Shown here piece after piece: positions 10,215 to 22,790 of a stretch of 64,000 bases of DNA (within the stretch, counting starts at the first letter, position 1; each line of letters opens with the position of its first letter). Below the pieces are notes generated by a model. That model made no database searches. It saw only the letters and a list, made by a program, of their open reading frames with translations, and was not told the DNA's origin. Origin of the DNA: Octopus sinensis (Eukaryota); assembly GCF_006345805.1 (NCBI RefSeq), contig NC_042997.1, forward strand, positions 67,270,001 to 67,334,000, written 5' to 3'. The translations under genes were made by a program, and so were the position numbers.

Positions 10215-12220
10215 TTATGAGAAACTCACATCAACCATAAATAGATTTACAAGAAAGGCAAAGTAGGGCTTCAGCTTCCACAAATCATCAAACCTGGTTA
10301 AGAAATTATCAAGTAGTCCTTGTAATTTATGTTTGTATTCTTCCCGTTTGTGGTCTTTTATTTCAATACCAGAGAATGTATTTACTCTCCAACTGAAACT
10401 GGAGAAGTGACTGAAGTTTCTTGAGAATATATCTCTTTCAAAAACTCTTATTTTATTCTGAAAGCTGAAAATTGCCTGAATGAGATCAGAAACAATCTTA
10501 TTCTTGCCCTGGAGTGCCAAGTTAAGAGTTTGTAGATGATTCAGTATATCAGTAAGGAACATTAGATCTTGCTTCTATTCATCATTTTCCAGCTGAGAAT
10601 AGGATCTTTTTTTTCTTTAAGAAAAATAATAAAAAGCTCCAACAAATTAACAAACCTACTCAAGACATTGCTGGTTGACAGCCACCTCACAATGCAGTAG
10701 AAAGAGACATCACTGGGTTCATCTTCAAGCTCCAGTTCTTCGATAAAATTTCTGAACTGTCATTTAAGCATATGAAATTGACAATTTCAAGGACAGATTT
10801 CATAACATTTTCATACTTGAAGTATCTCCCTGCCAGGTGTTCACAATGAATAATGCAATGAACAGGGAGAAACTCTGTAAAGTTGGGATCATTTTTCATA
10901 AGTGCAATTAATCCTACATTTTTCCCCACCCTTGCAGGTGCTTCATCTGTTGCAACACTTACGAGTTTATTCACTGGAATGTCAGCATTTGTTGAGGTTC
11001 TGTCAAGCACATTTTTATTGTCAACACCATGAGTTGTTTCATTTAATGCCACAAAGTCCAACATCTCTTCTTTCACATCAGAGGAAACATAACGAATAAG
11101 TACTGCCAGTTGCGGGTTGTCTTATATGTCTGTTGATTCGTCAAGAGCTAAGCTGAATGCAAGAGAATTTTTTAAATCATTTCACATTTTTGCCTGCAAT
11201 GTCAGCACCGATCTGAGAGATACGTCTCTCTGCAGTGTGGCAGAAAACTGGTGCTTGTGCTATTAGTCGCTGAAGTCTTATGTTATTTGGATCTAACACT
11301 GCAACAACTTCAGCTATATTCTTCTTAACCATCAGGATATGGGCGTTTAGCACTAGCAATATTCCATGACATAACAAAACTGGCTTCAGTCATTGTATCA
11401 GCTTCCTTACTGAATGTTGTCAACAGTGTCTGCTGGCTATTTAGTGACGATTTTAACACAGTTAACTTGATTTTCCTTAATTCTGATTTAGCTAGATAAT
11501 CATACAAAAAGTTTTTGTGATTTGTTTCATAGTGGTGTTTCAAGTTACTGAGTGACATATGGCAGATAAGGCATTAATGGTGAATGCAAAATCTTCTTCC
11601 CATTCTGGCTTAAAATTTCTGTTTTCATCTTCATATTTTCGTTTCTTACAATTTGAGGAGGCCATCTTCCTTCACAAAACTTTCAAACACTTATAAACAA
11701 AACTTGTATCCAAAGTGTACCAACTAGGTCTGCACAGTTCAACATCTTGTGTTACACTACATTAATGTACATGATGTGAGTACAATTGGGCCTAGACTCA
11801 TTTAGCCACTTGTGACTGCTCTCACTCCCCCATCACACCCAAACCTTTAATCCCCTTACCCATGAAACTTAAGCTTCTGACATTCTTCTGTAACACTTGC
11901 TGACCAGAAATTTCTTTAATCCTCCTGCCTCCCACCATTCCTTCCCTTAGCAGTAAAGAAAGCTTCACTCAGATCTAGCATTAAAATTAGGATTTAAATT
12001 CTTAAATATTTTTACTAACCATGAACACTGAAGTTACATTTTAATCCAATGGGATCACAATTCATACCCAGTAAATAATTATGAAGCTTCATATTTTTCT
12101 TATTTGCCTTTAATATTAACTGTGATGAAAAAAGGTGCTGAGCCAACTTATTTCTATGAGCGGCATATTAAATATCAAAGAGCTGCATGTGACTTGCGAG
12201 CTGCAGTTTGGCCACCCCTG
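10215..12220 (-). mobile_element. Decayed hAT transposon (GTF2IRD2/SPIN/Buster-like transposase) with its 5' terminus preserved
   Basis: ATG at 11665 (MASSNCKKRKYEDENRNFKPEWEEDFAF). Motifs FSLALDESTD, VSVATDEAP, VHCIIHCEHL and FLTDILNHLQTLNLALQG, with stops and frameshifts. Terminus CAGGGGTGGCCAAACTGCAGCTCGC at 12220. Confidence 0.9.
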
Positions 12221-13439
12221 GTATATGCCCTGATTTGCTCGGTGTGCCTATCATTCTTCAGAGAAACAGCAGTATTATTTGTCCAATAAATGATTTTCCC
12301 CTCCACAACATTTTAAGGCCTTTAAGTCTTGTTAGTTCTCACACAAATGGCCAGTTCAGAACTTGCATTTCAGAATCTCTGTTTTTAGGCCAGAGCTACT
12401 CAATGTTTTCAAAATGGCCAGATATTTTTTTGTCCTGTCTATTGTTTGAGGAAAGATGTGGCCTTTTCAGATCTTAAGACACTAGAGAGGCTGATGCACT
12501 TGGTCTACTGCTTGAACTTCTAGGAATAAGGCTGTAGTTCTGGGGATGAAGAAGTGATTTCTAGAAGGCAGGGAACAATATAAAGAAAGAAAGAAGGTGT
12601 AAGGGCACTGCATGGACTAAAGCAGGTATGACTAATGCAGCTTACAAGTTGGAAAAAGCAGAAGTCATTGAATTCGCAGTTAAAGAGTCAGTTGATAAAT
12701 AATGTTTTGCTAATCAGCTGGCTGACCTTCAGAATGTTTGCATGTGCAGCAGTAGCACCATCTTAGATATTCCAATGTGGCTCTTATTTGAGGATCAGAA
12801 ACTGATTAGGGTTGAAGTACTTTTTTACTGGATGGAAATGTTTAATTATCTCAGAGCTGTATTCCTGTATTCACAAGTGATGGAAAGCAGGAGGCTGTAT
12901 TGGATGTTAGGATTGCAGATGCAGGCACAGTAATTTGACAGCTCCAGCATTCGATCCTCAGAAGAAGGATTGATAAAAAAAAACATATTCACTATCTTTA
13001 GTTTGGTTTCCGTTCTTATCCTCACTTATGGTCATGTATGTTTTGTAATGGCCGAAAGAGGAGGATTGCAAATACAATGAGGTTCCACAAAGGGTCTCTG
13101 GAGTAATGTTACTCAACAGGGTGCATAGCTTGGAGATCAGGGAATCTCTCCTGGTCTGCTCACTACTTCACTGAATTAAGAGGTAATGGTTCCCACAATA
13201 CAGACAGATGGTTAGAATGTTGCAGGAGAGAATTGCAAAGACAGATCATTCAAGCTAAGCCAACCAGCAGGAGACCTAGGGGTAGGCCAAGGAGATAATT
13301 TGGTAATATCCACAGTCTCAGTTGAAAAGTGTAATGACGGTTACTTCTGATAGGATCCTTTGGAGATACCTGAGGACTCTACTGCAACGTCTCTCCCATG
13401 GATAGTAAGTGAAGATGGATGAATGGATGGATCACTTTT

Positions 13440-14050
13440 ACCTGTTTCAGTCATGAGACTGTGGCCATGCTGGGGCATCACCTTGAAGGAATTTATAGTC
13501 AAATGAATGGACCATAGTACTTTTGTTAAGCCTGGTACTTATTCTATCAGGCCCTTTTTGCTGAACTGTTATGGGGACGTAAACACACCAACACTAGTTG
13601 CCAAGTGGTGGTGGGGCACACACACACAGGCATGTATTCTTTTATTCTTTTATTTGTTTCAGTCATTTGACTGCAGCCATGCTGGAGCAGTGCCTTTAGT
13701 CAAAGAAATTGAGACCAGGGCTTATTCTTTGTAAACCTAGTATATATTCTATCAGTCTCTTTTGCCATCATTGGTTGACAAGTGATGGCGGGACAGACAA
13801 ACACAGGCACATACACACAAATATACATATATATATATATATATATATGTGTGCGTGTGTATATATATACACACACATATATACGACGGGCTTCTTTCAG
13901 TTTCCGTATACCAAATTCACTCAAAAATCTTTGGCTATTGTAGAATTCCCGAGACTATAGTAAAAGTCACTTGCCCAAGGTGCCACACAGTGGGACTAAA
14001 CCCGGAACCATGTGGTTGGAAAGCAAGATTCTTACCACACAGCTATGCCC
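13440..14050 (-). mobile_element. tRNA-derived SINE family B (full copy plus a second partial tail)
   Basis: Reverse complement of the family seen at 19192-19613; internal (AT)n/(GT)n tract. Confidence 0.85.
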
Positions 14051-14413
14051 AGCATTTATAACAATCCTGAAATTTTCATTTGACAAATGAGTGTAAAGCA
14101 GAGAACCGGTTTCTTGATATATGTTGGAACTGAGTCACTGCATTGCTAAAATAGCAACAAAGTATCTATGTTGCATGCAGATGACACTTGGGTGTGAAAG
14201 GTTAAGGAAGAGTGAAAGACGAGATGATAATTGTAATAATATGTGTGATTAGAAATAACATTACTTTACAAAAATAACAATTAAGATGTATTGCAAACTA
14301 CAAAAAAGAAAGTAAATGTCAATAATAATTTATAATCCCAAAAATGCTTCTTGCCAAAAGTATTTTAACCAACTTTTCAGTATTGTCTGCCTCTTTATGT
14401 AGCTTTCTTACAT

Positions 14414-14495
14414 CAGGGGTCTCCAATCTTTTTTGTATCACAGACTGGTTTTCTATACAAGACAATTTTTCCTCAGATTGGCAGATCCCAGACAT
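14414..14495 (+). mobile_element. hAT/Charlie-type terminal fragment
   Basis: caggggtctccaatctttttt is a typical hAT TIR start; no partner end was found. Confidence 0.5.
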
Positions 14496-14544
14496 AACAG
14501 AACACAATAAAGTGCAAAATATATAATTTAATTATTGATTTCAA

Positions 14545-14705
14545 ATTTTATCACAAGACCAGCAATTTTAGGGGAAGGGATAAGTCAATTACATCAACCA
14601 CAGTGTTCAACCCTGAAAAGATGAAAGACAAAGTTGATCACGGCAGAATTTGAACTCAGAGCAGGATGAAATGCTGCTAAGCATTCTGCCACCTCATGCC
14701 TTGAT
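14545..14705 (-). mobile_element. SINE family A copy
   Basis: cacaagaccagcaatttt...gaatttgaactcaga...gctaagcatt. Confidence 0.8.
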
Positions 14706-14754
14706 ATATGATTTAATTATCACAAATATAACACATATATATATATTATATTTA

Positions 14755-15125
14755 TAATGCATGGCTGTGTGGTATGAAGCTTGCTTCCCAACCACATGGT
14801 TTTGGGTTCATTCCCAGTGCATGACACCTTGGGCCAACCAAAGCCTTGTGAGTGGATTTGGTAGACAGAATCTGAAAGAAGCCTGTCATATATTTTTCTG
14901 TGTATATATGTGTATGTATGTTTACGTCTGTGTTTGTCCCCCACCACCGCTTGACAACTGGTATTGGTGTATTTACATCCCCCATAACTTAGCGGTTTGA
15001 CTAAAGAAACCAACAGAATAAGTACTAAGCTTTAAAAATTAAGGCTTGGGGTCAATTTATTTGACTAAAAGCCTTCAAGGCAGCACCCCAGCATGGTCAC
15101 AAACAAGTGACTGAAACAAGTAAAA
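14755..15125 (+). mobile_element. SINE family B copy
   Basis: tggctgtgtggtatgaagc (A box), gggttcattccc (B box), tail gactgaaacaagtaaaa. Confidence 0.85.
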
Positions 15126-15719
15126 TATAATTGTAAACATACCCTGTAGACTGCCATAATCAAAAACTTGGAAATACAATTTAAAAATTTTTTTTTCTGT
15201 GGTCCCCAATTCCAAATAATCCACAACCAGATACTGGTTTGCTGCCCAGTGGTTGGAACTCCTGTTTTACAACAAAGGCCTCTTTATCTCTGTTCTAGTA
15301 AGTTGTTTATTAAATCTATCCAGGCTATTCAGCATGCAACTCATGCTGTTCCTACTCTATCTTCAACCCCAACTCATGCACTAAAAACTATGTTCCCAGA
15401 AGTAGACCGGACCCCTTCCTTCTCTCTCTACCTTTCTTTTTCTGTCCACAGATTTTTTTTAATATGTCAACATGTAACTGTTCAAAGTGAACAGCAATCA
15501 CATGTTCTGCCCTTCTTATAACACCAAACTCCATCCATCTCTAGCATCTGCTTAATAGATCTTAGGATATTCTTAGTTCCTGAAATCCACCTCCATCATT
15601 GATGTGTGTGTGTGTGTATGCCTAAGTATAAAATCCAAAGAGAAAAGCAAAAAAAAGAAGGTGCATTACAAACGGAGTTCCTTGATATATTTATTCTACA
15701 ACGAATAACATCATTACAG

Positions 15720-15770
15720 GCTCGTCGCCAGACTTTTGTGTCTGGGGATGCTTCAGAATATTCTGAGTTG
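15720..15770 (+). CDS. Candidate further GPCR C-tail exon (ARRQTFVSGDASEYSEL)
   Basis: cattacag acceptor and an open 51-bp phase 0-0 frame compatible with the 8234 donor. The donor (gtacta) is weak and there is no homology support. Confidence 0.35.
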
Positions 15771-17518
15771 GTACTAATTTGTATTGCAGAAAGTCTTTTT
15801 TTTTTTTGTAAACTGTATTTTCTAAACCTTAGAGTGCAGCATTGAATATTGAGGGAGCAGTGCCAGCCAGTGTACCCCCTTAGCGACAGGTATAAGTTAT
15901 TATCTTGCCACTCTCACCATCAAAAACATAACAACTAATGATACTCGTGTTCACTAATTCTGATTAGAATGAAATCTCTTTATAAAAGATCAGGTATCAC
16001 TTCTTTCATTTTCTTTATATATATATATATATATATATATTTGCAAACAAACATTTCGATCAGTTCAAATATGTCTGGAACGTATTTGATCTGTAAAAAA
16101 GCTGTTTTCACTGCAGTTTGCCATGGAGAAAATTCTCGTTGTTGGCAATAGGTGTCAAAACACCAATGATGATTTGAAGGCGCCTTCAGGTGGAACGATA
16201 AATGCATCTCAATCTCTTTGACTATCTTGCACCACAAGAGAGACAATCCTGAAATGATTCTGGAAATCACTACTTTCTTATAAAATCTCAGCATAAACTG
16301 TGAACTGATTACGTGCAACTCCGGCTAGGCTTCAACAAAATATGTAGCAGTTTTTTGTTTTGTTTTGTTGTTTCCCCCTGTTTGTTTTTTATCCTCTTGC
16401 TGGTTTTGTCATGCTAATGAGACTGTGAAAGTAGGAGACTATCAAACGCCAAGTGGAGAATAATAGAGTAAGAAATGTAGAATTGCAGTGAGTATGAATT
16501 GACGGATGTGATGTTCATTACAAAAGTCGGCGGAAGAATGAATGAGTACGCATGGAGAAATTAAAATGAAAGTCAGTTGGAGGAATAGGAGGACGAGAAG
16601 TAATGTATCGTACACACTCTTTTGCTGTGCGTTGATGACACTAACAGGTGGAGGGCGAGCAAGCCAGCTGCACGGGAAATGATGTTTGAAAGCCAACCAT
16701 CAACTCAGATCCAATATGTGCATTGGAGCCCTCCACCCTGGGCAGCTCCATCTAGCCCAACGAACAACTTCCAAGGCTGAATCCGGTAAGAAACCGCCCT
16801 CCAAACACAGTGAGTACCGCAAGGGCTGCTCTCTTTTCAGACCTATCCCATGTAAGTAGGCTGCTTCCCCACATGACACCCGGCATTCGTGGACAGAGCC
16901 ACGCATCTAAGGAGTGCATCCATCTGCCTAATAATCACTTGCCAATGATCTAAGCGGATCATAACCGCACCTAAATGGCCAGTTTATGAAGGTGGACAGT
17001 GTTAACAGAAATGAAAGTCAGCTGAGTCATCATCGTCATGCATCGTATGCTCTTTTGCAGTGCATTTACGACACTATAACAAAAGTCTTCCCAATTAAGC
17101 ATGCGTTTTCCTAATTAAGCGCGCGTTTCCCTCGGTCTGACTTTTTCATACTGTTTTCTTGACAAGGATAATGAGGTGGTTTGCCATTGCCCTTACCCAA
17201 CAGGATGGCTGTTGGTCTACCAGGAGCTCATCCATCCTTCGACAGGTCTTGTTTTATGTCCTACAGTGTGTCCAATTACAGTAAGAGTTGGAATAGCAAA
17301 CAAAATATAGAAAGATAGAGTGGGAATCAACAAAGAATTGCATTTTAAAACAACTAATCAGGTGTAAAAGACGACCAAGTCATTAGGTATCAGCTAAGTA
17401 ATCGGTATACTTAGGTCACGGAAGACTAGTGGAACCAAGCATCTTTACAAAAACAAAAAAAAATGTGATTTAGGAACTATCAAAAGTGGCTTGTACACAT
17501 GTGTGTGTGTGCGTGTGT

Positions 17519-17760
17519 ATTACTATTAAGCGAAACTGCAAAATTAATTATTACAGCTGCTTTAAGATCACATTGCGCAAAAGCGTCTTCTGTTAAATAT
17601 TTTTATACTAAAATTTATGTTTGCATAAATTATTCATTCCATACTAAAAAAAATTCCTCGATTTGCCATATTTTAGCATTCGAAACAGAAGACGCTTTTG
17701 CACAATGTGGATCTGAAAGCAGCCGTAATAATTAATTTTGCAGGTTCGCTTAATAGTAAT
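17519..17760. mobile_element. About 240-bp MITE with about 75-bp TIRs
   Basis: attactattaagcgaaactgcaaaattaattattac...aagcgtcttctgtt versus aacagaagacgctttt...gcaggttcgcttaatagtaat. Confidence 0.9.
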
Positions 17761-17818
17761 GCGCGTGCACGCACAAGCGGATGAGCTACTTTTGATGTAT
17801 TTGATATTGGCTAATATA

Positions 17819-18883
17819 CGGACCTGGGATCTTTTTGGTTTGAACGGCAGTTTTTAACATAATTTCTAGGTAACTAAAAAATTTTAAACTTCGTATACTG
17901 GTAGAATGTGTTTATAAAACATCTTTTTCTCTTGGCTTTATTGAGAAAATTCTATAGTTTGTAAGATATTTGTTGTTTTTTGTCTTCAATTTCTGCAATT
18001 TCAACCAATCAAATACCTCTATTGAGGTAAAAAACATTCTGTGCCGTATGAATATGTCCCTCGTTTAAGAAACCGATTGGGTTTATCTACATTTGTGAAG
18101 AAAAAAAGATACCTTTCCCCCACCTCTAACCCTAAAACAGATTAGAATGCAATAGATCGATACTAGGGTCATAATTATGGGTGACCTGGGATCTTTTCGT
18201 TTTGAACGGCAATTTTCAACACAATTTCTAGTTAACTAAACACTTTTAAACTTCATTTGGGGTGAAAACATTCCGTGCTGTATGAATATGTCCCTCGTTT
18301 AAGAAACAGATTGGGTTTATTTACATTTGCGAAGAAAAAAATATACCCTTCCCCCACCCCTACCCCTAACCATAACTCTAAACCTAACCCTAAAATAGAT
18401 TGAAATGCAATAGATCGATACTTGGGTTATAATTATGGGTGACAATTTCATACGACACCGCTACGGAAAATGGGATTTTTTTCTAGCGGTGTCAAATGAA
18501 ATTGTCACCCATAATTATAACCCTAGTATCGATCTATTGCATTTCAATCTATTTTAGGGTTAGGTTTAGAGTTAGGGTTAGGGTGGGGGAAGGGTAAATT
18601 TTTTTTCTTTCGAAAATGTAAATAAACCCAATCTATTTCTTAAACGAGGGACATATTCATACAGCACAGTTGTTTACGTCAATGGAGGTCAGCGATTGAT
18701 TAAAATTGCCGAAATGCTCGAAATTAAAGTCGAAATATGTTACAACATATAGAATTTTCTCGATAAAGCCAAGAAAAAATGATGTTTTATAAACACATTC
18801 TACCAGTTTATAAGTTTAAAAGTGTTTAGTTAACTAGAAATTGTGTTGACATATGCCGTTCAAAAGGAAATGATCCCGGACCT
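17819..18883. mobile_element. Palindromic element with telomere-like repeats and a duplicated left arm
   Basis: Arms start ggacctgggatctttt at 17820 and again at 18183, and end gatccc at 18877. Hairpin centre is near 18473. (CCCTAA)-like at 18352-18395 and (TTAGGG)-like at 18554-18583. Confidence 0.85.
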
Positions 18884-19191
18884 GGGCCAGAATTCCGACA
18901 TAAATAGAAGACATGTTTTGTAGTCCTTAAAATAAATGCTGTCATTTTTTATGAACACTGTAGCAGTAAGCAAATAAGAAATTAGTGTCTGGCAACCTAG
19001 TTTCAATCCTTACTTGTGCTATTTAATTTTCCCAGGAAAGGAATAAATGTTGCACATTGCAGTTTCTTCTTATTGTTCCAAGTCAAAGAGAAAAACAAAA
19101 TGTTATAAAATTACGAAGAGATAATAGCAATGACTTCGTAAAAATGGCAATGCATTGGACTACATGCCTTGCTTTTTAAATAAAGACGCTA

Positions 19192-19613
19192 CACAGGAGT
19201 GGCTGTGTGGTAAGTAGCTTGCTAACCAGCCTCATGGTTCCGGGTTCAGTCCCACTGCGCGGCATCTTGGGCAAGTGTCTTCTGCTATAGCCCCGGGCCA
19301 ACCAATGCCTTGTGAGTGGATTTGGTAGACGGAAACTGAAAGAAGCCTGTCGTATATATGTATATATATATATATATATGTATGTATGTGTGTGTATATG
19401 TTTGTGTGTCTGTGTTTGTCCCTCTAGCATTGCTTGACAACCGATGCTGGTGTGTTTACGTCCCCCGTCACCTAGCGGTTCGGCAAAAGAGACCGATAGA
19501 ATAAGTACTGGGCTTACAAAAGAATAAGTCCCAGGGTCAAGTTGCTCGATTAAAAGGCGGTGCTCCAGCATGGCCGCAGTCAAATGACTGAAACAAGTAA
19601 AAGAGTAAAGAGT
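19192..19613 (+). mobile_element. SINE family B, well-preserved copy
   Basis: caggagtggctgtgtggtaag (A box), gggttcagtccc (B box), central (TA)n(TG)n tract, tail ggcggtgctccagcatggccgcagtcaaatgactgaaacaagtaaaagag. Confidence 0.9.
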
Positions 19614-20087
19614 ATTGGTAGGAAAATAATCGACCGATTGTTGATGAAGCAGCAATAAATACTGAAACAGTCATATATATCTCCCTTTCTCTGACTACAG
19701 AGGGGAAAAAAGCATGTGGCTTGACCATAACAGATAGTTTTCATAACTTTATTCGCTAACAAAATACCCTGCTGTGCTTTTATTAATTAATTAATACAAG
19801 ACCGCTTTGTTATGCAAATTAGAGCGGTCAAATTTTGCCAGGTCAAACCAGTTTCATCACAGGCTGATGGAAATCTCTTTCTGGTAACCATGTAATCCAG
19901 TATTACCTGCTCGTGGCGAAGCAGTCGGAGGCTAAACAGGCTCTCTAGAGAGAGTGTGTGGTTACCCAGCACAAAGTATAAAAGCTGTCAAAGGACAAGC
20001 TCCTTGGGGGCGAAAAGTATGTTACCGGGATAACTGAGCCAAATGAAACAACTGAATGGAAGTTAACACTAATATTTATCCTATTCT

Positions 20088-20293
20088 AAGACGGTGAGCT
20101 AGCAGAATCGTTAGCACGCCAGGCAAAATGCTTAGCGGCATTTCGTCCGTCTTTACGTTCTAAGTTCAAATCCGCTGAGGTCGGTTTTTGCCTTTCATCC
20201 TTTCGGAGTCGATAAAATAAGTACCAGTTGAGTACTGGAGTCGATGCAATCGACAAACTCCCTCCCCCTAAATTGACGTCCTTGTGCCAAAAT
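20088..20293 (+). mobile_element. SINE family A copy
   Basis: gagctagcagaatcgttagcacgcc...aagttcaaatcc...cttgtgccaaaatttt. Confidence 0.9.
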
Positions 20294-21984
20294 TTTAAAT
20301 TAATATTTAATTCTATAGCCATCCAGAATAGAGAGGGTGGAAAAGATTAGTAGAAAAAAATCGGGTGCCCCAAACTACAGAAATACTAACTTGACTTAGA
20401 TTTTATTCTTTCCGAGCTTGTTTCTGCAATAGCTATAAATTCCCTCTAGTCGAAAAAATAGATAAGCGATCTCTGCTGAAACTAATGAACACTGAAACTA
20501 ATCACTTCAATCTTTCTTTCTTTTTTTTTTGTGGTGGGGATAAGAGGAGAAAAAACTTCATGGTTTAACCACAGTGACTACTTTTCTCAACGAAGCTCTA
20601 AATGTGGTCTGCTGGGTTTCAATTGATTCACTATGTAAATTAATGCTTTCCATTCAAGTATTTCATTAAGCTAAGCAATCCGAGTAACATCCTTCTAAAA
20701 CATTACCTCCACATGCTTTATCTTCCAGACCTCTGCATTTAGTTCAAATAGACTGACTACCAGGGTTAAAACTGTCTTTCATTTCCCGAGGACTGATAAA
20801 ATAACATCCACAATTATTAAAATATTCTCTTTCCTAAAGAAAATTTTGGCCTTGAATCCAGTAAAAAAAAACAAAGAGTTTATTCTTAGTTTTTTCATGC
20901 CTTTTTCTTTATTTTTCAGAACAAACCGATTGTGAATTTGGAATAAACAAGGTCTACGCTGTTTGCAAATAAACCAAACTAATTTCTCGTTGATATTCTT
21001 TTTTGTTTATGCTTATTGTTGCTGTTTTTTTCTAACACGTCATTACACATTTTATCAATTAATTCAAGAATTTTTTCAGGTTTCCTTCATCACTGCTGAT
21101 TTTACGGAATTGTCATTAATATGTTCCTTGAAATTTTTCTGGTTACAAAAAAAATTACATAATTTAAGAAAAATCTCCTACACACTCACACACTGAGTTT
21201 CAACGTAACACATTCAACCTGCTAGAAATGTCAGCCAAATCTCCCCCCAAATGAAGTCTTGTGTATAATGAGTTGGATAGCTCTACATACACAATGATTG
21301 AAGAAAAAATGAGACTGTCACGTTTGGAACGTCTGATCTGCACAAAGGAGTTACCTGGTGCTACGACGCGATCCAACGGGGGGGCCCCTAAACAGGTGTG
21401 GGATTTACTAGAAATAGTAACTACTCCTTCAAATCACACACCATATCTTGGAAAAGAACAAGGACAGTTTTTTGGGGGGGCGGGGTGCTTAACTTTGTAT
21501 ATCTGGGAGATTACATTATCGAAAAATATGCAATACCTGCTAAAAGATGGGATTGTCTTGGTTACTAGGGCTAAACAACATCAAACAAGCAAACACACAC
21601 GGCAAATACGTGAATATTGTACGTACATGTGGAGTGTATGTGCTTGTAGTATGAATGTAATGAATACGTAAAGTGTGTGACAAAGAGAGAGAGACAAGCA
21701 GGAAGGACAAAGACAGACAGGCAGGCAGAAAATGTATGTGAGAGTGAGAGAGAGAATGTGAAGAGGGAGAGAAAGAGAGAGAGAGAGACAAAGAAAGCCC
21801 TGCAAAATGAATGAAGTATGTAAAATGGAAATTTCTCAAACTGATGTCGCTTCAGCATCTTTATTTACATTTTTGTGTTTGTTTTTTTATTTTATTTTTT
21901 ACGCGACGAAGTTGAAAATGTTTGCTGTGCAAGAAAGACAGAGGCGTTGTAAGTAGTATAGTCGTGAGTCAGCCTTGATCTAAC

Positions 21985-22145
21985 AGATTCATAATCAAAG
22001 GCTCTCCAGACATGACCATCCTGTCTTTTATTTAAGATACTACGATTATAATATCTAGTGTTATTTCCCCTACTTTTTTTTAAAGTGGACAAGGTGTGAT
22101 TTTGAGGCAGACTTAACTACGATTTCTAGCTGGTCAAGCGACCAC
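21985..22145 (-). mobile_element. Element X copy (homologous to 2250-2420)
   Basis: The reverse complement aligns with the sequence upstream of the U6-like segment. Confidence 0.6.
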
Positions 22146-22790
22146 ATAAAGGCTCTTTTGTTGGCTGGGGGCGGTGGATTGGCAAAGTCACTGAAGCGTT
22201 GGATAAAATACCTGGTGGTTCTTTTGAGTCTTTATGTTGAGTTCTAATCCCGCGGAGGTCAAATTTGCCTTTCGTCCTTTCAAGGTCCATAAAATATAAT
22301 AGCAGTCTAATACGGTTGGCGGGAGGAAGGGCTCAATGTAATCGACGAACCCTCCTCTCCACGTAACTACTGGTTCTATACCTAAATCAGGAACTGTCAG
22401 CACTATTATGGAAGTAGCCTGGTTCCAGTTGAGGCTTGAACCTGCAGGCCTATGATCAAAGGTGTTCCAGCCATAACAGCCCTGTCTTTTTGTAGAGTTT
22501 GGACCACATAGTCAAGTGTCATTCTCGTCATCATCATAACGTCTAATTTTCCATGCTTGGATGTTCACACGGAATTTGTTGAGGTGGATTTTCTCTGGCC
22601 AGATGCTCTTCCTGTCACAAACCCTCGCCTGTTTCCAAGTAAGACGATATTTCCCCCATGGCTAGACATGTTTTTGCAGAAGATTGGAATTGATGAACAC
22701 TGCTTTCATGATGGTGACACTCGCTTACAATTTTCACGCGATGTCATGCTAAGGTGACAATAACATACATATATATTTTAATGGGACCCC

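Noticed and set aside
12290-13400. Possible decayed LINE endonuclease region
   Set aside because: Only vague similarity; no motif could be read with confidence.
16060-16340. Possible mariner C-terminal remnant (SRCWQ*V...FE)
   Set aside because: Too short and degenerate, with no TIRs.
21261-21858. ORFs of 74-136 aa
   Set aside because: They derive from (GA)n/(CA)n microsatellites and repeat debris.
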